Shown here in pieces: positions 51,505 through 63,839 of a stretch of DNA of 64,000 nucleotides; the first letter of the stretch is position 1, and every line of letters starts with the position of its first letter. This stretch comes from Mobula hypostoma. Lineage: Eukaryota. The notes beneath the pieces are model-generated. The model searched no databases. It was not told the origin of the DNA and saw only the letters and a program-made list of their open reading frames with translations. The position numbers and the translations under genes were made by a program. Location of the stretch: contig NC_086113.1 of NCBI RefSeq assembly GCF_963921235.1, positions 46,004,001 to 46,068,000 of the forward strand, read 5' to 3'.

Positions 51505-51948
51505 ATGGACGACCTGAGTTGTAAGGAAGGATTGAATAGGTCAGGACTGTATTCTTTAGAATGGAGAAGATTGAGAGGAGATTTGATAGAGGCAACCAAA
51601 ATTATGAGGGGTATAGATAGGGCAAATGCAAGCAGGCTTTTCCCACTGAGGTTGGGTGAGACTACAACCAAAGGTCATGGGTCAAGGGTGAAAGGTGAAA
51701 AGTTTAAAGGGAACATGAGGGGAAACTTCTTCACTCAGAGGATTGTGGAACGAGCTGCCAGCGCAAGTGGTGCATGCGAGCTCGATTTCAATGTTAAAGA
51801 GAAGTTTGGCTAGGTGCATGGATGGTAGGGGTATGGAAGGCTATGGTTCTGACGAAGGTCAGTTAGAGTAGGCAGTCTAAATGGTTTCGGCATGGACTAG
51901 ATGGGCCAAAGGGCCTGCTTCTGTGCTGCGCTTCTCTATGACTCTATG
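51505..51948 (+). mobile_element. CR1 3' end
   Basis: GLYSLEWRRLRGDLIE...GNFFTQR, tail TCTATGACTCTATGA. Confidence 0.9.
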
Positions 51949-54417
51949 ATCAGCGAGTTAGCCAGCATCTGCAGGCAGAGCAACAAGGCTAAAGTTTAAG
52001 ATTCAGTACTTCCCATCGGAAATGTGCCTGATGAAGTATCGCTATTCTGAAACATTAAATGCTGCCGTACCTGCTGAGTAGTCCCAGCATTTTCAGTTTC
52101 AGGTTCAGATTTCCAGTGTCTGCAGTATTTAGTTAACGCTGAACGGCTGACTAGACTGCTTCCGAGGGGACTGAAGCATCAGCACTTGGCCGGGAATCAG
52201 GAGTCTTGATTAAGCCAGACCAGACAACCTCAGCAAACATTAGTGAAGCTGAAGCACTTTGTTAAATTTACAGTAAGTTCTCCAGCTACTGACTCTTTTC
52301 TCCCCAAGTTGCACAGATTGCACCTCAAGCCTTTGTACCTTAGTCTACTGACTTAACTACAATCCTACTGCTGGATGTACTGTATTCACTCAAATTCCTT
52401 TCCTAGTTATTAAACTTAGTATCATGTTTTGACACTTCACTTTATTTAGTAAGAATTTTTTTTGATAAATTTAGCAACATCCATTCTGATTTTTACACTG
52501 GCAGCCATATTTGTGCTTTGAACCACACAAATAACAACCCCACCCTCACAACATCTCATGGAGTGTTGACTGTTGTACATACAAGGAAAATCCTGTCAGG
52601 AAGCATGGAACTGGATGTCTGTGGGGCAGGGAATCAGCTGCCTGAGACCAGGATTCTCAGAAATGATAATTATGTTTATAGAACAAATTCTGCACGACAC
52701 ACGTAAAATTTTACACTGTTTAAATTACCAGACAGCAAATACATTATTTAAAAATTTTTTTTAACCAGAGCTCAATACTCAGTTTTCTACATTAAAGAAT
52801 TCAGCTCTGCAGTAAACAATGCAGCGCTCTGAAAAACATTGTTAAAAAAATGTAACTGTAATATTATAATAAATAACAATGCCTGTGGAAAATAAAAACA
52901 TTGTTCAAACAAAACAAAGAACTCTTCCAAAAGTAATCAGTGTGAGGCCTTGTCTTTTCTAAGCCTGCCTTGCTATAGCTGGGAAAGTCTTTACACAGAA
53001 ACAGAAACCAGCTCGAGGAGAAAGATTGCCTGGAACATTTCATCACCTTCCTTCTGACCCACCACAGTAAATGTTTTGGTATAACCTAAAGCCTTTATAA
53101 TGATCTTAGCAGATCAAAAACGTGTAGCTTAGCACTAGGCAGTCAAAAACTCCTTACAGAATTACGTTAATATAGAGACTACTTTTTTTTTAAAAAGGGG
53201 GCTTTTGTCATCCTACAGAAAGCAGAAATCATCATTATGCAAACACTGTAATTCAATAATCTATCATAGCAGCACTGTTAGCCTGGAGTGCTCTTTCCAT
53301 AAAATGCTACTTGAAAGCTTTGAAATATATATTCTAGGTAAAAAGCATGCAGTTCAAAACCTTCATTAGTACCATTTGCGGATTCCTAGGTAGGCACTTG
53401 GGTACCTTTGGGTGGTGGGGAGAGCCACAATGGTGTTACTTACAAAATGAAATTCTGGCCTTGGTGACCATAATAGTCCCATTTTAAGAGTTTTTTTAAA
53501 CTTTGTTCTTTCAAAATATACATATGCAAAGCAAATTGCTCACTTTAAAATACCTTGTAAACTGCAGGAATAATTGCAAGAATTAAATGAAGCTAAGTTT
53601 ACTTCCACTATCAGAATAACAGCACTAAACTATATGTCATATTAACTGCACACAGCTGTACCACTCAACACACACAAAATGCTGGAGAGACTCAGCAGGT
53701 CAGGCAGCATCCACGTAAATGAACAGACAGGTGGCAATTCAGGCCGAGACTAGTCCTGAGGTGCAGTCTCAGTCCAGCATTTCGTGTGTATGTTTTAGAT
53801 TTCACGCATCTGCAGAGTTTCTTGTGTTTATGAACTACTTAATATTGCGCACAGTGAACTCTTAATTGTTCTTGCTGTCATTTAGCATACAGATCACAAG
53901 TTAGCACGGTTAGAGTAAGTCTTGTAACTAGCAATGCGCAATATGCGAAGCAGCAATTTTTTAAAATGTTATCAAATGCTCAACTGATATTCAGACCGAA
54001 TGAACTTTTTCCCCCTGTATCAGTAATATTAGTGACTGCTTTTCCTGACTTGTGCCAACTTCTGTCCCTCTGCTGAATTAGTAGTAGGATGGAAGATGAA
54101 GATGCTTTACACCCTGAATTTTCCATACAACAAAATAAATTAGTCTTTGTCTACCCTCTCCCATGTTAACTGCAGCCTGGAAGGAAAATGCCACAGTTGG
54201 AAAGAAGGAAAAACCTGACTCTTCTTTCTTGATCCTTATTTGCCAGGTCACGGAGCTAGGGTGGGAATTTAACTTTATAAATTAATGTGAAAGCAAATGG
54301 AAGCTAAATGTTTTGTCACTGAAGCTTGGTCACTGTACAGAATTAAAATTTTGAAGTGTATCTGCAACAAGAAAGAAATTACAGTTCAAGCTTTTATGTT
54401 TATACTTTCAACTTGTT

Positions 54418-54592
54418 CCTTTTCGCGCCTTGTGCCATTTCCGCTAGCAGTTGACTTTTTTTTAAGAGGCTGAGTTGCTAGCTTAATGCTCAACCCAGCA
54501 CAGATGGAAAGCGTGCCAGGGAGCCGGCTGGATTCAAACTCAGGACCACTTGCTTCAAAGTCTGGTGCTGATGCCACTACACCACCGGCCAG
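54418..54592 (-). mobile_element. Second copy of the same tRNA-SINE family (same head, different tail)
   Basis: Shares TCAGC.CCAGACTT, GGCACGCTTTCCATC and GCAACTC.GCCTC with 4103-4367. Confidence 0.8.
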
Positions 54593-55052
54593 CTTCTTAT
54601 GACTTTGCTTCAAAATTACTGATATTTGGAGTCAAGATAGCCCCAGCAAACAAACCATTGTTTCTGGTAATGAAGCTGAGCAAGACAAGATGTAATGCTG
54701 CAGCAAGATGTTTAGATAAGCAGTAGCCAACCTCTGAAGTCGTTTGTTTTTACTTTAAGTTTCGACACACCCAGGATGGCAAAGATATACATCATCTCTA
54801 CGTCTGCTAAGACGCTTACAGTATAAGACCAGCTATCTGTAACTGAACATAAATACAAAGTACTTCACTAAGCCTCGACATTGTTCTGTAAAATAAGTTT
54901 GTGTTCTGCTGAGTGAAGGATAATTTTGTTCATGCTAAAATTGAGTACAGTACAAGTTAGTGCTTATCCATTTTCTAAGCTAAAGTCTGAATATTTTAAA
55001 CTTCCTAGTAAACGTGATAACTGTAAACATATCAGCTACACCTTAAACTAAA

Positions 55053-55226
55053 TTATAAGTCCTTCCCCAGGCTGTCGATCTCGTTGAGAATAAAGTCCAT
55101 ATCCTCACGGCTGACGAGGGGGCTGATGATGATTTGACGGAAGAAATTGACTTTGTCGCGATGAGGCTGGTAACCCACCATCATGCTGCCTTTCTTCATC
55201 ATCCGCTCCTTAATGACTGGTGCAAC
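55053..55226 (-). CDS. GADL1: Glutamate decarboxylase-like 1 (acidic amino acid decarboxylase), last coding exon
   Basis: Minus-strand acceptor ttacag| then VAPVIKERMMKKGSMMVGYQPHRDKVNFFRQIIISPLVSREDMDFILNEIDSLGKDL*, the C-terminus of a group II PLP decarboxylase. KVNFFRQ..ISP.VSREDMDF is GADL1-type, and synteny with TGFBR2 agrees. Confidence 0.93.
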   Translation of the reverse strand, partial: VAPVIKERMMKKGSMMVGYQPHRDKVNFFRQIIISPLVSREDMDFILNEIDSLGKDL

Positions 55227-58200
55227 CTGTAACATCGAAAGGGAATGAGTTCAGACAAAGTGCCAAGAAGTATAGTTGAGAAGGCAACATGCAAGATTAC
55301 TTTCTCTGTAAGAACATGGTCATCTAGTACTTTTGTTTCTTCACAATGCAAACTCCAGGGGAGAAACACCAGGGAAAAGGATCACCAATAATTTAAACTC
55401 CAGTGAGAGCAGGTGGTCAAGAAAACCTTGGAATCATTTGAATATTGAGAAATGGGTTTTCACACCTATTATTGGATCAAACAGTGTGGAAAGAAAAAAA
55501 AACAGTTAGCCCAATGGGTCACTTTAATGGTCTGCATGAGTCTCCTCCAATTCTTCTTCACCTTCCTCAATCTGCATATCCTTTTTCAACCTTCTCATAA
55601 TTTAAACAGACATACCAGCTGTTAGGTTCATTGGTCATTGTAAATAAGGCTAACATTAAATTGGGGGAATGCGGATCCACATGGCTTGAAGGGCCTATTC
55701 TGCATTGTATTTCAATAAATAAACCCTTATCCATATTAACAACACTTTTCATCACCGCTCGCTGTGGCACCAAGTCCCATGGTACAAATTAATTCCCACC
55801 TGCGTTTACTGGTGAAAGTTATATATCTGAGGTTCTTTCAAACGCTCTTTCCAATCCTTGTTAAACGAAGAAATACCAACATTTGTTAGAAAGTCCTGTG
55901 GGTTGTACTTGCAACACCCACCACTCACCAGGAAATTACACAGTAAAATGAGCCAAGTCAAAAAATTACCGCAGTATTCCCTTAGGTGCATCCGTGCTCT
56001 TATGGCATGTTAATATGCTGTATGATTATTAAACGATCTAATATAACTGTGCTAGTCACAGATACCACATGAAATATCAGATTCATTACAGGACTGTTCT
56101 CAGATTGAATAACTGTACAGCGACAGCCATTAAAAAGGAGTCACAGTGTCATTGCTGTGTCGACTATTATACCACACTGCTGTTTACTATGAATGCTGCA
56201 TCCTGTCAATATCCACATGGAAATTGAGAATGAAATTAAATTAATTGCAAGTGGCACAGTTACCTAGAATTGCTAACACGCATAGTTTTTGAATAGTTAT
56301 TTGTAGGATTTATAGTAGTAATTTTGATTGGAAGGACGGATGGGGCTTAACACACGTCTATATTTATTATGATTGAAGACTATATTTATCACTGAACTAT
56401 GACAGTAAAATTTAAAGTACTTTAGTCAATTCATCCTTTAACAATCAGTTGGCGAAACTCCAGCAAGCGAAAGTCAGAAATTTTTAGTGCAAACACTGGT
56501 CATTCCCATTCACAATGTCACAATCTGTGAAGTACCTGGATGTATTTAACAACTCTCCATTTTCTACCTGGAGGAGAGTATTACATTCTCAAAATTCCAT
56601 GTTGTGTTGAACAACTCTCCTTACCCCCTACCCCACCCCCAAAGTGTTGGCACCTCTAGAAATGTATGTTTCCCGTTAACATTAGGACTGAACATGAAAA
56701 CTGGTATTAGATTAGTTCTAGATTAGTTTCAAATGCTCACAGTAACATCCATCACCAGTAGCAAACCATACCCTGGTCTGGCCTCATTTAGACTGCTGTG
56801 TTGGTTGTGCAACATTCTAAAGGGTTGGATAACAATGCCAGATGTTATCACCATTATGTGAGTTTTGCTCTGAATGCTAAGATTTCCCCAGCTTACTTTT
56901 GGACAAAGAAATACTAATTGCTAGTTAGAAATTGTTCTAGCATGCTTTTCTATACCAAGATTGCAATACAAGTAGTCATGATTTAGCATGGTGGAGCTTT
57001 ATTGAAAAGATTAGATTTTAGGATGTGGCATTATATTTTCCCCTACTAAATGCAATAAGGCTGTACTAACAGTAAATCATGTTTCTTTAACCCAAGGGTG
57101 ATGTTTATATAAAGCAACTTGGTGTCTACAGCTAAACAGAGCACATGGGACACTTGGATCTCATCCTGAGATTATGGAAAATGGAAAACAGTCGAGTGTA
57201 ACTGTTGGTCAAAAAGTTTCTTTTGGCATCTATTATTCCTAATGTTTTTCTTTTATAACATGATGTTCACACACGTCTGTTTCTTGGGCGGTGTTCGTGT
57301 TTATATGAGCGTCAGTGTGATATGCATTACAAATTAGATTTGAACAATATAATTTTCACCCAGGAACTTTCTGCACTAAATACAAATAAACATGATCCAC
57401 ATCATACCTCCAAGCATGCAGTAACATCAAGTAGGTAAAGCAAGCTTTTCACTGTGAGAAAAGTAAAGCAATACCAATATACCTGAAATATAAGAGATAC
57501 TTACACTCCAATGTAAAAAAAAATAGTATTTACTAAAGTGGGAATAATAATTTATTGAGATACAGGACCTTCCAGTCCTTGTGAGCCACACAGCCCAGCA
57601 ACCCTAGCCTAATTACAGGAAAATTTACAAAGACCAATTAACCTACCAACCAGTAAGTCTTTGGACTGTGGGAGGAAACCAGAGCACCCAAAGGAAACCC
57701 ACATGGAGATGGGGAGGACGTACAAACTCCTTACAGGCAGCAGCGGGAATTGAACCCAGGTCGCTGGTACTGTAAAGCGTTGTACTAACCTCTATGCTGC
57801 CATAGTTCAAGAAGGAAAATAAATAGTTCAATAAAACTTTAAAACCATCATTTAGCAGTGGGTATAAGACTGCTGATTTGTCTTCCTGACAGTGGTATTG
57901 GACCTGATTATTAACTAGAATGCCACTGACGAAACAATGCAACAATAAATGCAAAAGTATAATAAAAAGGAAACATTTTACAATATATTATAGAATCATA
58001 ACTTATAAATAATCTGCTTTCAAAGTTGTGCGATTGTGGATACAGCTATACTGAAACCTCCATGTTTGCCCTTTTACACACTGAAGGCTACAGACACCAT
58101 GCTACAGATTTGATAAGAGGTATTGACCCGAAACCTTAACTGTTTCTCTCTCCACGGATGCTGGCTGACGTGACAACACTTTTTCACTGCTAAAATTGGA

Positions 58201-59789
58201 AATAAGGTGGGGTTCAATTCCAGTTCCTTGTTATTTTTAAAAACAAGCCAGTCTCTCACAAGACACCACGCACACAATTTGAGGATTTGCTTTGGCCCAA
58301 ACTCGTTGGGCAAATGTGTGGTAAGAATGGTGTCAGTGATAATCCTTTGTTTAATGTCCAACGTCGGTGACACCAAGGAACTGCTTCCGTGGAGCCAGAT
58401 ACAAATGAGAGTTACTGTACCATCACTGCTAGTGTCTCCACTGTCAACTCGCCAACTCTCTCAAGGGAGGTTGGAATGGTTCCCAGAAATAAGTAACATC
58501 TGAGGTTAGCACCAGGCACTGCTGGATCATATGCAGGAATCTGCATGTAGGTAATTCATGTGCCAAACAATACAACTTCAGTACAAGTGATGCTGTAGAT
58601 TTTCCTGTCTCTGATTAGTATTTTGTTTAAGCAAAGATTTGTAATGCTTTGTCTTGGATATGTCAAGACAATGAAAATTGTTCCATGGGTTTGTAATTAG
58701 AAATCTTTTTTTTAAATGGAAACTGGCCCAGAATTTCTTAGAGCATGGTGCCTGGTGTGTCATGAATTAGATTTAAATTCACTCTTTAGCTCCAACAAAT
58801 GTTGATGTATGCTCTGTGATGAATGAGAATTAATAACGTATGTGCAGTTTCCAAGTCCTCCTGAAAGCTGGGCCCAACAGTCTCATCTCCTTGACTCTTG
58901 AGATTTAAGATCGGGTGTATGACAGAGAAAGAAGGTCAATTACAATCAAAATCGATTCAGAAAGAGAAATAGAGTATGAAGCATGAAGTAAGAGAGAAAA
59001 CTGTGGTAGTTTTATTAAATGCTACATTTTGAAAAGCTGGTGGAGACCAGCTCCTCACCACATTCTGTGCCCCTCAGGCTGAGTATCATAAATCACCTTA
59101 TGTTGATGCAGTGAAATGTCTGTACTGCCTATCCGGTGCAAGGACATTTGTGCTACAAATACCACAAGTTCTTGACACTCGTGGGGTAGTTGACAGGGTA
59201 AGCTCAGGTGTCTGAGAAAGGCTCAAGGCAAAATGGTGCAAATCTACCACCAAGTAATTGCTCACACACAATGAACTGCATCGCTGCAGCCATCGTCTTG
59301 CGTCTGGGTCAGGAAGTCTCCACATCAAGACACACACCCAAGTCATGTGTGCTGAGAGAGTGTAGAACTGTTAAACGTGACTCCTTTCAAATGAGCCTCA
59401 TGCATCTCTTCTGCTGAGTATCAAAGATCCCATGTCTCCACTCTCTCTGCTGTTTTAACTGATATTAATCCTTCAAACAACGTTACTGAAAATAGCCTAA
59501 AGTTGGTAATGGATATGGGTAAAAAAGCCAAATCAGCCAGGATCTCACTGAATGGTAGCATGTGCCCGAGGGACCAAATAGCCTATTCCTTCCTGTAAGT
59601 TCCTAAAAATAGATTTAATAGTCTTTATCATATCACTCTTTGTCTATATTTTGGCGGCTTACTTCCTAAGTTACAATTGTGACACCCACTTTAAAGCTTA
59701 ATTTAGTACAAAGCAAACTGAGTAGTCCTGCAATGTGAAAAGTGTTCTCTTCCTGAAAAAACAAAACGGAGAAACTACTTTGTTCCTTT

Positions 59790-60125
59790 AGAGTTGTAGA
59801 ACACAGCTGAACCAAAACAGGCCCTTCAGCCCATCTAGTCCATGCCACTATTCAGCCTCGTCCCACTAACCTGCACCCGGACCATAGCCTTACATACCCC
59901 ACCCTTCCATGTACCTATCCAAATTTCTTTTCATTGCTGAATTCAAACCCATAAACTCTACTCCTCTGGCAGCTCGTTCCACACTCTCATCACCCCCGAG
60001 TGAAGAGCATCCCCCTCGTGTTCCCCTTAAACATTTCACCTTCCATCCTTAACCCATGACCTCCAGCTCCAATCTCCTCCAACCTCAATGGAAAAAAGCC
60101 TTCTTGCATTTACCCAATCTATATC
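59790..60125 (-). mobile_element. CR1 3' end
   Basis: Reverse-complement homologue of 51505-51948. Confidence 0.85.
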
Positions 60126-60266
60126 TCTCAAAATATATATGTTTGGTCTACACTACTTTGTGTTACATAATTGCCTTAATATCTAACAACGATGCTCAGG
60201 TGACACAATATGCATTCAAAATACCAAAAAAAAAAGGAACCAAGAGTTATGAGATTATGTGTAGAC

Positions 60267-61281
60267 CAGCGGTCCCTAACCACCGGGCCGTGGACCGGTA
60301 CCAGGCTGCAAAGCATGTGCTACCGGGCTGCGAGGAAACAATATGATTTGGCGATATAAGTCAGCTGCACCTTTCCTCATTCCTTGTCAAGCCCACTGTT
60401 GAGCTTGAACGCACGTTATCCATGTCAGCGCGGGAAGGAGATCAACTCCTCGAGCTTGCAAATGACGGCGGGCTGAAAAGCATGTTTGACATAACATCTC
60501 TGCCGGCATTCTGGATCAAAGTCAAGGCTAAATATCCTGAGATAGCCACGAAAGCACTGAAAACGTTGCTTCCATTTCCAACATATCTCTGCAATGAATG
60601 CAACGAAAACTAAATTGCGGAATAGACTGGACATAAGGAACCCCCTTCGAGTATCGCTGTCTCCCATCACTCCTCGATAGGACCATCTTGTTGCAGGAAA
60701 ACAAGCCCAGGGCTCCCACTGATTCAGCAATATTTTAGTGTGTTGCAATGATTTTATATGTTCATACAGGGAAAGTATGTGCTGTGTGTTTAATATCCAA
60801 ACGTTACTTAAAATGTTATGATGCTATTGACTTATATAACCAAATAACAATTACAGCACAGAAACAGGCGATCTCTGCCCTTCTAGTCCGTGCTGAATGC
60901 TACCCTCACCTAGTCCCACCGACCTGCACTCAGCCCATAACCCGCCATTCCTTTCCTGTCCATATACCTGTCCAGTTTTTCTTTAAATGATAATACCGAA
61001 CCTGCCTCTACCACTTCTACTGGGAGTTCGTTCAACACTTACTTCAAGCTCCCCTGATAATTGACTTATCGCTATATTCATGCGAGGAAAATATGCGCTG
61101 TGTGTTTAATATTAAATTCATTAGATAAACCCTTTTAGAAACGAAATTGAGTGTATTAGCCACTTATCACCTATATTGCGTTCGTGATTAACACCCCGCC
61201 CCCCCCCCCCAGTCAGCCGGTCCGCAAGAACATTGTCAATATGAAACCGGTCCACAGTGCGAAACAGGTTGGGGACCCCTG
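60267..61281 (+). mobile_element. hAT (Charlie/Buster group) internal-deletion element with perfect 8-bp TSD
   Basis: TSD GTGTAGAC at 60259-60266 and 61282-61289. TIRs CAGCGGTCCCTAACC and GGTTGGGGACCCCTG. hAT dimerization remnant SLPAFWIKVKAKYPEIATKALKTLLPFPT-YLC at 60422-60600. Confidence 0.95.
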
Positions 61282-62425
61282 GTGTAGACATTAATTCAAA
61301 CAAGAACCAGTCTTCAGTTGTTAATGTAAACTGTTAGCAGTAATCAGTTTAAAACATAAGACAATGGGGTTAGGTTAATTGGCCTGTACCTAACCAGGTA
61401 ATATGAGCCATGTTATTTTGGGCCCACGGTGACAGAGTTCATGGAAGCTTGCAGAGCAGACACGTGTTGTCACTACACACATCAACAAGGGTCACAGGAA
61501 TATTTTACCTATCAAGAATAATATACTCAGAGTCGGCCTTGACAACACTAACCTTGGGCATCTGGGTTCTTGGTCTTCAGAAGCTTTTAGACTGTCCTGT
61601 GGATAGTTTACCCCAGCAAAGATATTTGAACATTCAGGAGGAGCCTCCTATTGTAGGTTTGTAACTCAATGGAAGCATTGTTGGACTCAAAATATTTAAA
61701 GTCAATATTTGAAGTAAATTTAACTATTAAAATTGTATTAAATCACCCTTAAAGGTATAAAAGATATGATGTATTTTGAATTTGGGAGATTCTACCAAGG
61801 CAGCCTCCAGAGAATGGCTGCTTGTCACAATGAATAAAGTTTGATTTATAATGTTTTCCCCAATTTTATTTAAAAGTCATCAGTTTGAAATACTAACTCT
61901 ACTTCTGTCTCTACAAAGGCTGCCTAACCTGCTGAGTATTTTCAACATTTGCTGTTTTCTTAAACTATCTTTCTATGTAAAGCCATAATTTAGAATTTTA
62001 AAAATTCATCATTTTCAGTTAAACACAGAAACAGGCCATTCGGCCCACAATGTTTAGCTGAACCAGCTAAAAGGCAAATCAAAACCACCTGAACAGTGAT
62101 CCCTCCTACCTACACCATGTCCATATCCCTCCATTTTCCTTATATCCATCTGCCTATCTAAACATCTCTTAAAAGCCTCTAATGTATTTGCCTCTACCAC
62201 CATACCAGGCAGCGCATTCCACCACTCTGAGTAAAAAAACTTACCCCTCACATCCCCTTTCAACCTATCTCCTTTCAGCTTCAATGCATGCCCTCTGGTA
62301 TTGGACAATTCAACCCTGGAAAACTGATACTCTCTGTCCACTCTATCTAGGCCTCTCACAATCTTGTGAACCTCTATCAGATCTCCCCTCGGCCTCCGCT
62401 GCTCCAAAGAAAACAACCCAAGTTT

Positions 62426-62577
62426 GTTGTTGTTGAGTGGCTCGCCGAGCTGGCTTGTTAGCTCGGAGACGTTTTGTTACCCAGCTAGGCAACTTCATCA
62501 GCGCAACTTTGAATCAGACAAGCCACTCAACAACAGCATCTTCAACCTGAGCTACAAATCTTTCCCGACATCTTAAA
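62426..62577 (-). mobile_element. Short Penelope-like insertion with internal inversion and hammerhead-like core
   Basis: TSD AACCCAAGTTT at 62415-62425 and 62578-62588. 15-bp inverted repeat 62428-62442/62521-62535. Minus-strand CTGATGA-stem-AAAAC-GTC. Confidence 0.75.
62468..62501 (-). ncRNA. Minimal hammerhead ribozyme-like motif (probably inactivated, GAAA to AAAA)
   Basis: Minus strand reads CUGAUGA A GUUGCCUAG CUGGGUAAC AAAAC GUC: core box, self-complementary helix II, near-GAAAC box, GUC cleavage triplet. Confidence 0.55.
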
Positions 62578-62940
62578 AACCCAAGTTTATCTAGCCTCTC
62601 ACGATAGCACATGCAGGCAGCATCCTGGTAAGCCTCTTCTGCACCCTCCCCAAAGCCCCAATTACTAAATATGATCCAGCAGCAACAGTGCCCAATTTGC
62701 TGTGTTTTTACAGAGTGTTTGAAGCAACAAAGGACAGAAGTCCCTCACCACAAACTCTAAATGAGAGACGTATTTTATTCTAGGGAATGGAAGTTGCATA
62801 TCAATACTGTGTTCACCATAAGATGAAGGATTTCAACAGAAATTGCGATAAAGGTTAAATATCATTTAAATCTTTGTAATCAATTCCTAATGTAGCCAAA
62901 TCTCTTGTGTATCAGTGTATTGTGTTCTCTTTCAGTTATA

Positions 62941-63456
62941 CACTCAGAGGCCTCTTTATAAGGTACACCTGCTTATTTTTGGAAATAACTAATCAGCCAA
63001 TCACGTGGCATCAACTCAATGCATAAAAGCACACAGACGTGGTCAAGAGGTTCAGTTGTTGTTCAGACCAAACATCAGAATGGGGAAGAAATGTGATCTA
63101 TGTGACTTTAACTGTAGAATGATTGTTGGTGCCAGGTTTGAATAGCTCAGAAACTGCAGATCTCCTGGGATTTCAACATATAGCAAGAGAATGGTGCAAA
63201 AAAACAAAAGTGAACGGCTGTTTTGTGGGCAAAAACGCCTTATTAATGAGAGAGGTCAGAGGAGAATGGCCAGTCTGGATCAGCTTGACAGGAAGGCAAT
63301 AACAACTCAAACATCTATGCATCATAACAATGGTGTACAGAAGAACATCCCTGAACGCACAAAACATTGAACCTCGAAGTGGATGGGCAGAAAATCATGA
63401 ACATACACTCAACAGCCACTTTATTAGGTACAGGTGGCACTCAATGAAGTAGCCAC
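62941..63456 (+). mobile_element. Non-autonomous Tc1-like element with transposase N-terminus remnant
   Basis: TA-CACTCAGAGGCCTCTTTATAAGGTACACC. MGKKCDLCDFNCRMIVGAR from 63080 and SETADLLGF. Second direct TIR copy at 63406 then a degenerate inverted copy. Confidence 0.8.
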
Positions 63457-63839
63457 ATATAATGCACTATCTGATTATAGTATCATTTGGCATTATCACA
63501 TTACACAGTGTCCACTGTTGCCTCTTGCCAACTGAGCCGTATTGCCTGAGATCAAATGTGCCTTTCAAATCTTAAGTATGGGGGCTGTGAACCTCAAGCT
63601 AATTGGTACTCATTTAAAAGCTGAATGCTCAGTAGTTTTTTTTTGTTGCTTAAAAAGATCATTATATTTTGGAAAAAGAACTGTTATTAAGTAAATTGGC
63701 ACTTGTACATTTCAAATGAACAGATGAAATACATTTTAGGAAATTGGTCAGAGGAGAATATTTTCCTCACCTCCCTTTGCTCATACTTGTCCATTTCCAT
63801 GCACTCATCTAGATTGATTTGTACCTAACAGCACACTGA

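Larger units (their letters stand above)
50015..55052 (-). other. GADL1: Possible long GADL1 3'UTR (up to about 5 kb)
   Basis: AT-rich tract after the stop. Minus-strand AATAAA (plus TTTATT) at 50033-50038, with other candidates near 50989, 51437 and 52441. End not determinable from sequence alone. Confidence 0.4.
62020..62660 (-). mobile_element. CR1 3' end interrupted by a 152-bp insert
   Basis: FSLEQRRPRGDLIEVHKIVRGLDRVD...WNALP. Confidence 0.9.

Noticed and set aside
55053-55226. Assignment as CSAD, GAD1 or GAD2
   Set aside because: KVNFFRQ..ISP.VSREDMDF and adjacency to TGFBR2 fit GADL1 better.
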